Source of the DNA: Squalus acanthias
Taxonomy: Eukaryota
DNA: 64,000 bases
Assembly (NCBI GenBank): GCA_030390025.1
Contig: CM059432.1
Location: 111,168,001-111,232,000 of the forward strand
Reading direction: 5' to 3'
Shown here in pieces: positions 36,870 to 48,628 of this stretch. Position 1 is the first letter of the stretch. Each line of letters opens with the position of its first letter. Below the pieces are notes generated by a model, which worked only from the letters and a program-made list of their open reading frames with translations, searched no databases and was not told the DNA's origin. The translations under genes and the position numbers were made by a program.

Positions 36870-38103
36870 AGCCAGCACTGATTTGTTAACGGCAAATTGT
36901 GTCTGACTAATCTGATTGAGTTCTTTGATGAAGTATCAGAGAGCATTGATGAAAGTAGTGCAGTAGATGTATATATGGACATTCAAAGGCATTTGATAAC
37001 AGACTTATTCGGAAAATAGAAGCACATGGTATTAAAGGGACCATGGTAACTTGGGTCCATAATTGGTTCAGGGATAGGAGGCAGAGAGTAGTGGTGAACT
37101 GGATGGAAGTATGCAGTGGGGTCCCCCAGAGGTCGGTATTAGAACCATTGCTTTTCTTGTTATATATAAATGACCTGGACTTGGGTATAGGGAGTACAAT
37201 TTTGAAGTTTGCGGACAATAGAAAACTTGGCATCATAGTAAATAGTGAGCATGATAGTAGAGACTTAAGGAGGACATAGACAGACTGATGAAATAGGCAG
37301 ACACTTGGCAGATGCAATTTAATGTGGCTAAGTGTAAAGTAATGTACATTGGGAGAAATAACCAGGAGAGGCAGTATAATCTAAGTGGATCTATTTTGAG
37401 GGGGGTGTAAGAACAGAGGGACCTGGGGTGCATATTCATTAATCTTTGGTGGTAGCAGAGCAAGTTGATCAGGCGGCTGAGAAACCATATGGGATACTTG
37501 GCTTTGTAAATAGGATCATTGAATACAAGAACTAGGAAGTCATGCCTAACCTTTACAAATCTCTGGTGAGGCCTCAGCTGGAGTATTGTGTACAATTCTG
37601 GGCACCACTCTTTAGGAAGGGTGTCAAGGGCCTTGGAGAGGGTGCAGAGGAGGTTTACCAGGATGATACCGGGGATGAGGGAGGTCAGTTACGTGGAGAG
37701 ATTGGAGAAGGTGTGATTGTTCTCCTTAGAGCAGAGACGGTTAAGGGGAGACCTAATAGAGATATTCAAAACTATGAGGGGTTTGATAGAGCAAGTAGGG
37801 ATAAACTGTTTCCTCTGGCAAGTGGGTCTGTAAGCAGATGTCACAGATTTAAAATAATTGACAAAAGAGCTAGAAGGGAAATGAGGAGAAATTTCTTCAC
37901 ACAGAGGGTTGTTATGATCTGGTACTGAAAGGATGGTGGATTCAGATTCCATAGGAACTTTCAAAAGGCAATTGGACATGTATTTGAAGAGGACTAATTT
38001 GCAGGGTTATGGGGAAAGAGCTGGGGTGTGGGACTAAATTGGACAACTCTTTCAAAAAGCCAAATGGCCTCCTTCTGTGCTGGAAGATTCTATGATTCTA
38101 TGA
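36870..38103 (+). mobile_element. CR1 fragment, right half to 3' tail
   Basis: SQH..GKLCLTNLIEFFDEV..GVPQRSVLEP..LVRPQLEYC; tail TTCTATGATTCTATG. Confidence 0.9.
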
Positions 38104-38744
38104 ATTGAATTTTTTGGTTCCTCCCACAGTAACCAGACACAAACATAACAAGCAAGGTTTTCTTCTGCCTTTGCATTAGTTTTGCTGCGGTATTAGGGAG
38201 GACAGGAGTACAATAATTTCACATGGACCCATTACATTGGATTCCCCCCATTTTTAAGTCAGTTATGGTTTTCTGTTCTTCCAACAGACGCTAAAAGCAC
38301 CCACCTAAATGTAAGATGGGTGCATTAAGTGAAGTAATAATGACAGAGCAAGATCATACGTTGCATTTTCCATCATTATCACCTTGAGAATGCTGGACAG
38401 CAGCGAGTGCAATCAATGTAAGGATAATCAATGAACAGATCCAGCACTGAAGTTTTTTTATAGCAGTCAGAGGCTCCACTGTTCTTCAAGGCTGCCTGTT
38501 CCTTTAAGCTGCTGCAGATGGCTGTGGTAACAGCCATTTCCCTTCTCCTCCAGTGCTGAGCTTCCAAGCACAGGCAGGAATAGCAATAGGAACCTATCCA
38601 AAAAAATGTAAATCAAACTAACCAAGCATCAGCCATGGGTCGGTTTGGTGGTGCAAAACTGCACCAGCATATTTCCAGCAGTGTTACTGGGAAATCTCAG
38701 CTAACATCTATTCTATTGCCACTATGTTTCAAAACATTATTTAA

Positions 38745-39430
38745 GAACCCGATTTTTACTGGGCGAGATTTCGGAGCGGGGGTGGGAGGGGTTCTGTTTG
38801 GGAAAGTCGGAAGTGCGGGTTTTAACCCCTTGACGTGTGTGATGTATTTTTACCAGGTTCCCCGCCCGAAAGCCACCCTGACTGACAGGCTTGGGGCTGT
38901 CCAGTGAGGAAAACTCTGGAAAAGGTCGCAGCCGAGGAGCAGGTGGGTTTAGTGGTGTTGGGGTGTGGGTGGATAGAGCGTGGTCGGGAGTGATCGCTGG
39001 GATTCGGGGTCGGGGTGATCGCGGGGATGTCGGGGAAGCTGGCAGATAGCGGAGGAGGTTGTGGTGGGGTCGGGAGAGATGGGGGGGTCAGTGATTGCGG
39101 GAGTAAGGGGGAGATTGGGGCGTTGGTGATAGGGGAAGTGTTCGTGGAGGGGGGGGCGTTTACGGGGTAACCTTGGTGGGCCGGGAGGAAGCATTCCCAC
39201 CCTTCTCACCTCCTTTTATCTGCCGGGTTTCCCGTAGCCCAGGAAACCTGGCCAACATGGGATAAAAATAGAAACCTTGTTAAAATGGAGGCACACAGCC
39301 TTCTTAAAAGGTTTCAACGACCAACCCGCTTCCTGAGAACAGATTAGTTGCCCACCTCTTGTCCCACCTCCATTTAAAATGGAAGTGGAAGGGTTTGAGA
39401 TAGATTGGGTTCCTGTTTAAAATTTGAAAC
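38745..39430. mobile_element. Probable non-autonomous DNA-transposon remnant with G-rich core
   Basis: CpG/G-rich block with internal inverted motifs (TAAAATGGAGG / CCTCCATTTA); no clear TSD. Confidence 0.3.
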
Positions 39431-40109
39431 ATTTTTACTTCCCACCTTTCCCCAATGTGAGTCTGTGAGTCAACCTGGCTGTTAATCCCTTATGTATTGT
39501 GATAGAAAGAGAGAAACTGATACCATGATACATCATGTACAAAATAGCATCACAACCTCCTTCAGCAACTTGAAAAATAGGAAACAAGAGTGATAGAGTT
39601 GATTTTATACCTCATTTATAATATTAAACATCACAAGTGATAAAAGTGAGTACAATCCCACCAAAGGATGGATTTAAAAAGCTTGGTATTACTCTATGCG
39701 CTTTCTGTATTTTCCTCACTCTAAATTGTGGTATAGTCAAAAATGAAGTACAAGGTACCCAATTAAACATCGCCACCATCAACCCAACTACTTCCTCTAT
39801 TTCTGCCTGTATTGTAGATGATACAGTTGATAGTGGAATTGGTGGTGACTTGATATTCCTAAAACGTTTCACAAAACTAGTGCCACAATTTCTTCTCTTT
39901 AATTCAATTTCTTGAAAAAGTGCATATAGAGGTATCAATAGAAGGAGAAAGTGCAGTGCTCTGAGAATTGTTCCTGTCCAAAAATGGGTTTAGCTAAAAG
40001 GAAAAAGAAAAACTTTTTTTTGTGCTTGTTATGGAGTTGTTAAAGGTCAATCATTAACAACTCGTACAGAATTACACAAGTAGGGATTCAATAATTGTTA
40101 TTTTTTGTT

Positions 40110-40633
40110 AGTTCCCGGGATGTGGGCTTCGCTGGCAAGGTCAGCATTTATTGCCCGTCCCTAATTGCCTTTGAGAAGGTGGTGGTGAGCCGCCTTCTGG
40201 AACTGCTGCAGTCCCTGTGGTGAAGGTACTCCCACAGTGCTGTTAGGGAGGGAGATCCAGGATTTTTGACCCAGTGACGATCAAGGAATGGTGATATATT
40301 TCCAAGTCAGGATGGTGTGTGACTTGGAGGGGAACTTGCAGGTGATGGTGTTCCCATGCGCCTGCTGCCCTTGTCCTTCTAGGTGGTAGAGGTTTGGGAG
40401 CTGCTGCCGAAGAAGCCTTGGCGAGTTGCTGCAGTGCATCTTGTAGATGGTACACACTGCAGCCACAGTACGCCGGTGGTGGAGGGAGTGAATGTTTAAG
40501 GTGGAGGATGGAGTGCCAATCAAGCGGGCTGCTTTGTCCTGGACGGTGTCGAGCTTTTTGAGTGCTGTTGGAGCTGAACTCATCCAGGCAAGTGAAGAGT
40601 ATTCCATCACACTCCTGACTTGTGCCTTGTAGA
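40110..40633 (-). mobile_element. Second LINE family, 3' end
   Basis: ORF 40281-40649 IYKAQVRSVMEY..KLDTVQDKAARLI; reverse complement of about 33490-34010. Confidence 0.88.
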
Positions 40634-42232
40634 TGGGGACTTGTGCCAAAATTGGGAGAGCTGTCCCACAGACTAGTCAAGCAACAGCCTGACATAATCA
40701 TACTTACAGAATCATACCTTTCAACCAATGCCCCAGACTCCTCCATCACCATCCCTGGGTATGTCCTGTCCCACTGGCAGAACAGACCCACCAGGGGTGG
40801 CAGCACAGTGGTATACAGTCGGGAGGGAGTGGCCTGGGAGTCCTCAACATTGACTCTGGACCCCATGAAGTCTCGTGGCTTCAGGTCAAGCAGGGACAAG
40901 AAAACCTCCTGCTGATTACCACCTACCGCCCTCCCTCAGCTGATGAATCAGTACTCCTCCATGTTGAACACCACTTGGAAGAAGCACTGAGAGTAGCAGG
41001 GGCACAGAATGTACTCTGGGTGGGGGAGTTCAATGTCCATCACCAAGAGTGGCTCGGTAACACCACTACTGACCGAGCTGGCTGAGTCCTGAAGGACATA
41101 ATTGCCAGACTGGGCCTGCGGCAGGTGGTGAGAGAACCAACACGAGGGAAAAGCCTACTTGACCTCCTCCTCACCAATCTACCTGTCGCAGATGCATCTG
41201 TCCATGACAGCATTGGTAGCAGTGACCATTGCAGTCATTGTGGAGACAAAGTCCCGTCTTCACACTGAGGACACCCTCCATCGTGTTGTGTGGCACTACC
41301 ACCGTGCTAAACGGGATAGATTCAGAACAGATCTAGCAGCTCAAAACTGGGCATCCATGAGGCACTGTGGGCCATCAGCAGCAGCAGAATTGTATTCCAC
41401 CACAATCTGTAACCTCATGGCGTGGCATATCCCTCACTCTACCATTGCCATCAAGCCAGGGGACCAACCCTGGTTCAATAATGAGTGTAGAAGAGCCTTC
41501 CAGGAGCAGCACCAGGCGTACCTAAAAATGAGGTGCCAACCTGGGGAAGTTGCAACACAGGACTACATGCGTGCTAAACAGCAGAAGCAGCATGCTATAG
41601 ACCGGGCTAAGCGATCCCACAATCAGCGGATCAGATCAAAGCTCTGCAGTCCTGCCATATCCAGTCGTGAATGGTGGTGGGCAATTAAACAACTAACGGG
41701 AGGAGGAGGCTCCATGAATATCCCCATCCTCAATGATAACATAAGAAATAGGAGCAGGAGTAGGCCATTTGGCCCCTCGAGCCTGCTCCACCATTCAATA
41801 AGATCATGGCTGATCTTCTACCTCATCTCCACTTTCCTGAACTATCCCCATATCCCTTGATTCCCTTAATATTCAAAAATCTATCGATCTCTGTCTTGAA
41901 TATACTCAACGACTGAGCCTCCACAGCCCTCTGGGGGAGAGAATTTCAAAGATTCACCACCCTCTGAGTGAAGCAATTTCTCCTCATCTCAGTCCTAAAT
42001 GGCTGACCCCTTATTCTGAGACTGTGACCCCTGGTTCTAGACTCCCCAGCCAGGGGAAACATCCTCCCTGCATCTACCCTGTCAAGCCCTGTAAGAATTT
42101 TGATGGTGGAGCCCAGCACATGAGTGCAAAAGACAAGGCTGAAGCGTTTGCAACCATCTTCAGCCAGAAGTGCTGAGTGGATGATCCATATCTTCCTCCC
42201 CACCATCACAGAAGCCAGTCTTCAGCCAATAT
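40634..42232 (+). mobile_element. Second LINE family, endonuclease/tether region
   Basis: GLVPKLGEL..PDIIILTESYL..RGGSTVVY; YRPPS; ORF 41159-41860 PGDQPWFN. Interrupted by a CR1 tail. Confidence 0.85.
41738..42100 (-). mobile_element. Short CR1 3' fragment
   Basis: AACATAAGAAATAGGAGCAGG..; KILTGLDRVDAGRMFP..RRNCFTQRVV. Confidence 0.9.
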
Positions 42233-42234
42233 GA

Positions 42235-42580
42235 GGCAGGAATATAACTTGGCACTTATCAACCCAAGATTGATTGTCATCCAGGTCTTGCTGCTTGCGG
42301 GCATGGACTGCTTTATTATCTGAGGAGTTACGAATGGAACTGAACACTGTGCAGTCATCAGCGAACATCCCCACTTCTGACCTTATGTTGGAGGGAAGGT
42401 CATTGATGAAGCTGCTGAAGATGGTTGGGCCGAGGGCACTGTCCTGAGGAACTCCTGCAGCAATGTCCTTGGGCTGAGATGGTTGGCCTCCAACAACCAC
42501 AACCATCTTCCTTTGTGCGACGTAGGACTCCAGCCAGTGGAGAGCTTTCCCCCCCGATTCCCATTGACTTCAATTTTGAC
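42235..42580 (-). mobile_element. Second LINE family, inverted RT fragment
   Basis: ORF 42222-42506 AGVPQDSALGPTIFSSFINDL..MFADD. Confidence 0.88.
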
Positions 42581-43675
42581 TTCAACGCTGCCCTGGTGGG
42601 ATTTGAACTCTTGTCTCCGGATCATTAGTCTCAGCCACTGGATTACTAGTCCATAGCCACTACGCTATCATTCCCACTGAACTGCTGGAAATATTTTGAA
42701 CTATCAGCACAACTGCAGAGACATTAGAAAGGTAATTGAAATATTACATTGGAATATGAGACAGACAACAACAACTCTGCTCAGGAACTCACCTCAACGA
42801 CTCATACATTTTGACTGCTGTACTCTTCATGGATGTGCTGTCTCAGCTGTTACTGTACAAAGTGTGCCTTGTGGAGAGTTGTTGGGAGGCTTCGACCTAT
42901 GGATCCCTCCATTTTATTGGATTATAATGATGAGGTCCCATAACTTTTTTTCTTCAAATACTGATTTGCTGGTGTTTCCTCCCAATTGCTTCATAATAAA
43001 TAATATCTAAGTCCTATTTCAGTGGCTCTATCCTGCTAATTTAAAGCACATTTCTACATTTCACTCAGTCACATACAGCTCTTCATTTTGAAAAGATAGA
43101 GTGTTGACTTTATTTTGTTGCTGCTTCAGTGCGACTGAGCAGTTAATTAGCATTGTCTAATGTTTTTGAGGGTTACTTTGTACGCTGGTTCCCCCTCCCT
43201 GTTTTACTGTTTTCTGGAGCAGCACTCAAACATGCTGTAATAGCTACACAGCAGTTACTCAATAATTCTGACAATCAGCTGTACACTGCAATAATAATAT
43301 ATTTAAAAAGCTACTGGAGAGCCCAGCACAACTGCTAACTCAGTGGCTCGGGTAACTGGCCAAATCTGCTGTAAGGAGCTGAGGACACAAGGGAACGGAT
43401 GGCAACACCAACCCCAGAAGTTACTGGTGCAGCCAGATTGAGAATAGGTAGCCAGCAGTATGAATGCTGTGCCCAGAATCTGCAGGTATTATGAAAAACA
43501 TATCAGACTTGAAGAAATCTGCCCATTCACCAACAGTCCCACACTCCTTAAATTTCCTCTATCACTGACCATCACATCATCCTCTTCCCAACACCACATA
43601 AATAAAAACCACCAGAAAATGCACATTCCAATCCAATTTTATAAATTCAGGGGAAAAATTCTTTACTGGCTGATG

Positions 43676-44377
43676 TCATTGTCGAATCCCCCACCATCAA
43701 CATCCTGGGGAGGGGTCACCATTGACCAGAAACTTAACTGGACCAGCCACATAAATACTGTGGCAACAAGAGCAGGTCAGAGGCTAGGTATTCTGTGGCG
43801 AGTGTCTCACCTCCTGACTCCCCGAAGCCTTTCCACCATCTACAAGGCACAAGTAAGGAGTGTGATGGAATACTCTCCACTTGCCTGGATGAGTGCAGCT
43901 CCAACTACACTCAAGAAGCTCAACACCATCCAGGACAAAGCAGCCTACTTGATTGGCACCCCATCCACCACCTTAAACATTCACTCCCTCCACCACTGAC
44001 GTACCGTGGCTGCAGTGTGTACCATCTACAAGATGCACTGCAGCAACTCGCCAAGGTTTCTTCGACAGCACCTCCCAAACCCACGACCTCTACCACCTAG
44101 AAGGACAAGGGCAGCAGACTCATGGGAACACCATCACCTGCAAGTTCCCCTCCAAGTCACACACCATCCTGACTTAGAAATATATCGCTGATCCTTCATC
44201 GTTGCTGGGTCAAAATCCTGGAACTGCCTCCCTACAGCACTGTGGGAGTACCTTTACCTCACGGACTGCAGCGGTTCAAGAAGGTGGCTCACCACCACCT
44301 TCTCAAGGGCAATTAGGGTTGGGCAATAAATGCTGACCTTACCAGTGACGCCCACATCCCATGAATGAATAAAAAAA
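43676..44377 (+). mobile_element. Second LINE family, 3' fragment with A-tail
   Basis: GVTIDQKLNWTSHI..YKAQVRSVMEY; ends AATGAATAAAAAAA. Confidence 0.9.
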
Positions 44378-44399
44378 GTGCTACCTCCTCATGCAAGAA

Positions 44400-45380
44400 A
44401 GTGTCCTGCAGTATGTTTGGGTGATGTGCCTGTCATGGTTGAATAGCTGGCAGTGTGTGCGACCTGTGAGTTGTGGGTGCGAGACCTACAACAGTGCTAA
44501 GTGTGTGAGGGTGCGGTAAAGCATATAAATTTTAAGGTTGAGTACTGATTGATAGAGATTGTTGGTAGGTGGGTGATGGGGGTGTAGTGAATTGAACAGT
44601 AGATGAGACTAGTGATGCAGTTGGTAGGATATGGCATTTAAAGGTGAACTCGCGCACCTTGACAACTCGTGTGAGATTGTTAAACTTCTTCCCGCACTTC
44701 TTCCATGTTCTTGGAGCAACACTCTTGGCATTGACCTCGGCCGTTACTTGTTCCCACTGCCTCCTGAGCATGTGTCTGGAGGGCCTCCTGCCCCCCTGTG
44801 GATACAGGACGTCTCTCCTTCTTTCCACCTCTTCCACCAAGACCTCCAGTGCAGGGTCTGAGAACCTTGGTGCTCGCTGTCCCGCATGTTCAGCCATTGC
44901 TCAAAGTATCACAGCACAGATTGACTTTTGAAAAATCTCCCACCACTTCCTGCAGCCACAATGCACCTCCCCTTTAAGAAAAAGCAAAATACTGCGGATG
45001 CTGGAAATCTGAAATAAAAACAGAAAATGCTGGAAATACTCAGCAGGTCAGGCAGCATCTGTGGAGAGAGAAACAGAGTTAACGTTTCAGGTTGATGACT
45101 CTTCGTCAGATGCTGCCTGACCTGCTGAGTATTTCCTGCATTTTCTGTTTTTATTCCCCTTTAAGAAATGCTGGCTGCCTTTAAGTAGGGCTAGCCACTC
45201 GCGGTATCTGGGCCCCTGCTGATGTGCAGCCAATGAATAATGCGACGAGCACTGGATGCACACAGTGTAATACAGCAGGCAACATCAATTTAATGTCTGC
45301 CTGCAATGCCATGAACTGGCGCGGGTTAATTACATACCGCCAACCCTCGGCCCCTTTTCATTGTTGGCCAATTTCTCCCC
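44400..45380 (-). mobile_element. Harbinger Myb-side end with open Myb exon 1
   Basis: ORF 44532-44897 MAEHAGQRAPRFSDPALEVLVEEVERRRDVLY..RRQWEQV..RTWKKCGKKFNNL; terminus GGGGAGAAATT at 45380. Confidence 0.87.
44981..45154. mobile_element. Palindromic Penelope-derived short insert
   Basis: 13-bp TSD TCCCCTTTAAGAA (44968-44980, 45155-45167); inverted arms; same family as 25533-25745. Confidence 0.85.
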
Positions 45381-45929
45381 TGGGATATCTTGGGAGGAGG
45401 AAGAGAGATAGGGAATAATGATTTTACAAAATTAAAATTACATCTTCGTGTATTGGTTTGAAAATTACAAGAAGGTAACCATGCTGACACTGTCAAATTA
45501 GCTAAAAGGGAAAAAAAAGACAAAATGTGCGCTGGAGCTGAATTTCCAAGAGTGGCAGGCTCAGCTTATGAGATGTTATTTGGAAGCATTTTCTCAGCCA
45601 CACTTTCTAAAAATGATTCAATATAACGACATCATTGCAAACGATGCCAGGAATTTCCTCAGCTGCTCCCGTGCCACCATCGCTAATTGGCCGGAGGTGT
45701 GGCGGAAAGCACGGCTACTAAGAAAATTCAACTGGGGACACTGGGGGACCAGAAGCCAATGAGTTCGATCTAACTTTTTGAAATTTGGAATTACATTTGC
45801 TGTTCACCATTCTTCTGGCAATATTCCTTTTTCGATGGATTTTTTATATACAGTTACTAGTACCTCCGCTACCTCGGCCCTATTTTTTTTCAGTATCCAC
45901 AGTTGCAATCCATCTGGACTTAGTGCTTT

Positions 45930-46845
45930 GTTGCTCTTACGTTAGGCTGGTTTGTTTGGAATCTCCTTTCTTTCCAGCCTAACTGTTGTAATATCCCTCT
46001 CGACTTCTTCTACTGTTGTCATTTCCTCTTTGTTAAACTTTTCAGTGAAAATTGAAGCAAAGTATCTATTCAGTACTCCTGCATTTTCAGAATCATCGCC
46101 TGTGAATTTATATTGCTCATCCCTTATTGGCTCTAGCCCTATCTTAATTCTTCTTTTGCTACTTATGTGCCTATTATAGAATAATTTACTATTTCTTTTT
46201 ATATTCGTTGATATTTTCATTTCCTATTTCCTCTTTGCCTCCCTAATTGTCTTTTTTAGTTCTTTCCTCAGCTCATCATATTTCCTTTTTTCATCCTTGC
46301 TTTATATATTACATACATAGAAACATAGAACAGTACAGCACAGTACAGGCCCTTCGGCCCTCGATGTTGTGCCGAGCATTGTCCGAAACCAAGATCAAGC
46401 TATCCCACTCCCTATCATTCTGGTGTGCTCCATGTGCTTATCCAATAACCGCTTGAAAGTTCCTAAAGTGTCCGACTCCACTATCACAGCAGGCAGTCCA
46501 TTCCACACCCCAACCACTCTCTGAGTAAAGAATCTACCTCGGACATCCCTTCTATATCTCCCCCCATGCACCTTATAGTTATGCCCCCTTGTAACAGCTG
46601 CCTCTACCCGAGGAAATAGTCTCTGAACATCCACTCTATCTATCCCCCTCATCATCTTATAAACCTCTATTAAGTCGCCTCTCATCCTCCTCCGCTCTAA
46701 AGAGAAAAGCCCTAACTCCCTCAATCTTTCCTCATAAGACCTCCCCCGCATGATCCATTTCTCACTCAAAATGGAGAGCGAAGAAATTGACTCAGAGACT
46801 AAGGTCCTGAATTTAAACAAGGGGAATTATGATGCCATTAGATTT
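45930..46845 (-). mobile_element. CR1 fragments (old minus-strand piece, 3' end 46312-46750, inverted EN piece 46750-46840)
   Basis: ORFs 45942-46220 (NIKRNSKLFY) and 46395-46820 (YEERLRELGLFSLERRRMRGDLIE). Confidence 0.8.
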
Positions 46846-47779
46846 TAAAGGAGAGGCCAGAGGAATGGAACAGAGTATGATGTCCGAAGGAGTAGAAGGT
46901 GACAGTGAAGTTGATGGAGAGACTAAGATTTGACTTGGTGATAAGGGTCACATGGCATGGAGTCAGCTTGGACCATTCACGAACCAATGTTCAGATTCAG
47001 AGTCGGTTATGGACAGGAACTGTTTCAAGGTCAGAGTATCAGAGGGGGCACTACTGAAAGCCATCCGGTGGGATCAGAGGTCTGAGGAGTAGGGAATTGG
47101 CAATGAGTAAGCAGAGGGTGATCCTGAGGTCCAGCGAAGGTGCGTAGTGACCTGAGGTGTTAGCAGTGCACCCCAGTGGGTCTGGTGAACTAGCAGAGGT
47201 GCAAGTAGCAGTGGGAGTGAAATCTGAGGACCAAGAGCAGTGAAGCCTAGGGATCCATGGGAGGCTGAAAGGTAAATTTACAGGATCAGTGCAAAAGAGG
47301 GAGCTGGTCCGAAGAACAGTTGTAGGTCAGTGATGAGTCCACAAGATGAGGAGGAGCAGCAGGAGCGTGAGATCCTGGTCTGACTCAGTCCAGATGGAGG
47401 GGTTGTGAAGGACAAGTGAGGCAGAGCAGGATCAGTGGCCACAGGAAGCACGTGGATAGTGGATCATTCAGCAGCATGGCGTAGGATTCAGAGTAGGCAG
47501 AGTACCAGCAGGAATATATCAGCTCTAGCCCATCATAGAATGGAAAGTCCCAGCACAGGAGCAGAAACTGAGCCAGCAGGAGCAGGCCATGTAATTAGAT
47601 AGAGGCAAGCCAGCAGAGAGTACAGTTTCTGCAGAAAGTGGCAGTGAAAGTGGAGATGACAAAGAAGTCCAGAAGCTAGGGGAGAATCCGATTTCAGTGA
47701 AGAAAATGTGGATTTCTGCCCAGTCCTAAACAGCAGCAGAGTAAAGCCAAGAAGGTAGCAATCCATTGTTATAGAATCT

Positions 47780-48150
47780 ACAACACCAACAACAACTTGT
47801 ATTTATATAGCACCTTTAACGTAGTAAAATGTCCCAAGGCACTTCACATGGGTATTATAAGACAAAAATTTGACACCGAGTCACATAAGGAGAAATTAGG
47901 GCAGATGACCAAAAGCTTGGTCAAAGAGGTAGGTTTTAAGGAGCGTCTTAAAGGAGGAAAGAGAGGTAGAGAGACGGGGAGGTTTAGGCAGGGAATTCCA
48001 GAGCTTAGGGCCTAGGCAACAGAAGGCACAGCCACCAAAGGTTGAGCGATTATAATCAGGGATGCACAAGAGGGCAGAATTAGAGGAGCGCGGATATCTC
48101 TGGGGGTTGTGGAGTTGTGGAGCTGGAGGAGATTACAGAGATAGGGAGGG
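47780..48150 (-). mobile_element. L2-type LINE 3' end
   Basis: CAACAACTTGTATTTATATAGCACCTTT..TCCCAAGGCACTT tail, resembling the Deu-SINE tail at 12540. Confidence 0.65.
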
Positions 48151-48628
48151 GTGAAGCACAGAAGGAGGCCATTTGGTCTGTCGTGCCTGTGCCAGCTCTT
48201 TGAAAGAGCTATTCAATTATGCCAGCACGGGCTCGATGGGCCGAATGGCCTCCTTCTGTGCTGTAACCATTCTATGATTCTATTCTATGATTCTATGATA
48301 GTCCCACTCCCCAGCCTTTTCCCCAAAACCCTGCAAATTACTTCTCTTCAAACACATATCCAATTACCTTTTGAAAGTTCCTACGGTATTGGGAGCTCAC
48401 CGGGGGTGGAGGCAGCAGGAAACTGCCGGTAAGCAGCCTTTAAAAGCTGATGGGTAAATTTAAAGGGATCTGGTCACTTATAGTCACTCTAGTGCCCATA
48501 TATATAGGGATTTAATGTTTACAAAGGCTGCTAAATGGTTTAATGTGCCTTTGTAAAGGCAGTTTCAATAAAAAAAATGCCTGGCAAAACCCAGTGACTA
48601 CTATAAAAATGTGGAGACAGGAAACTTA

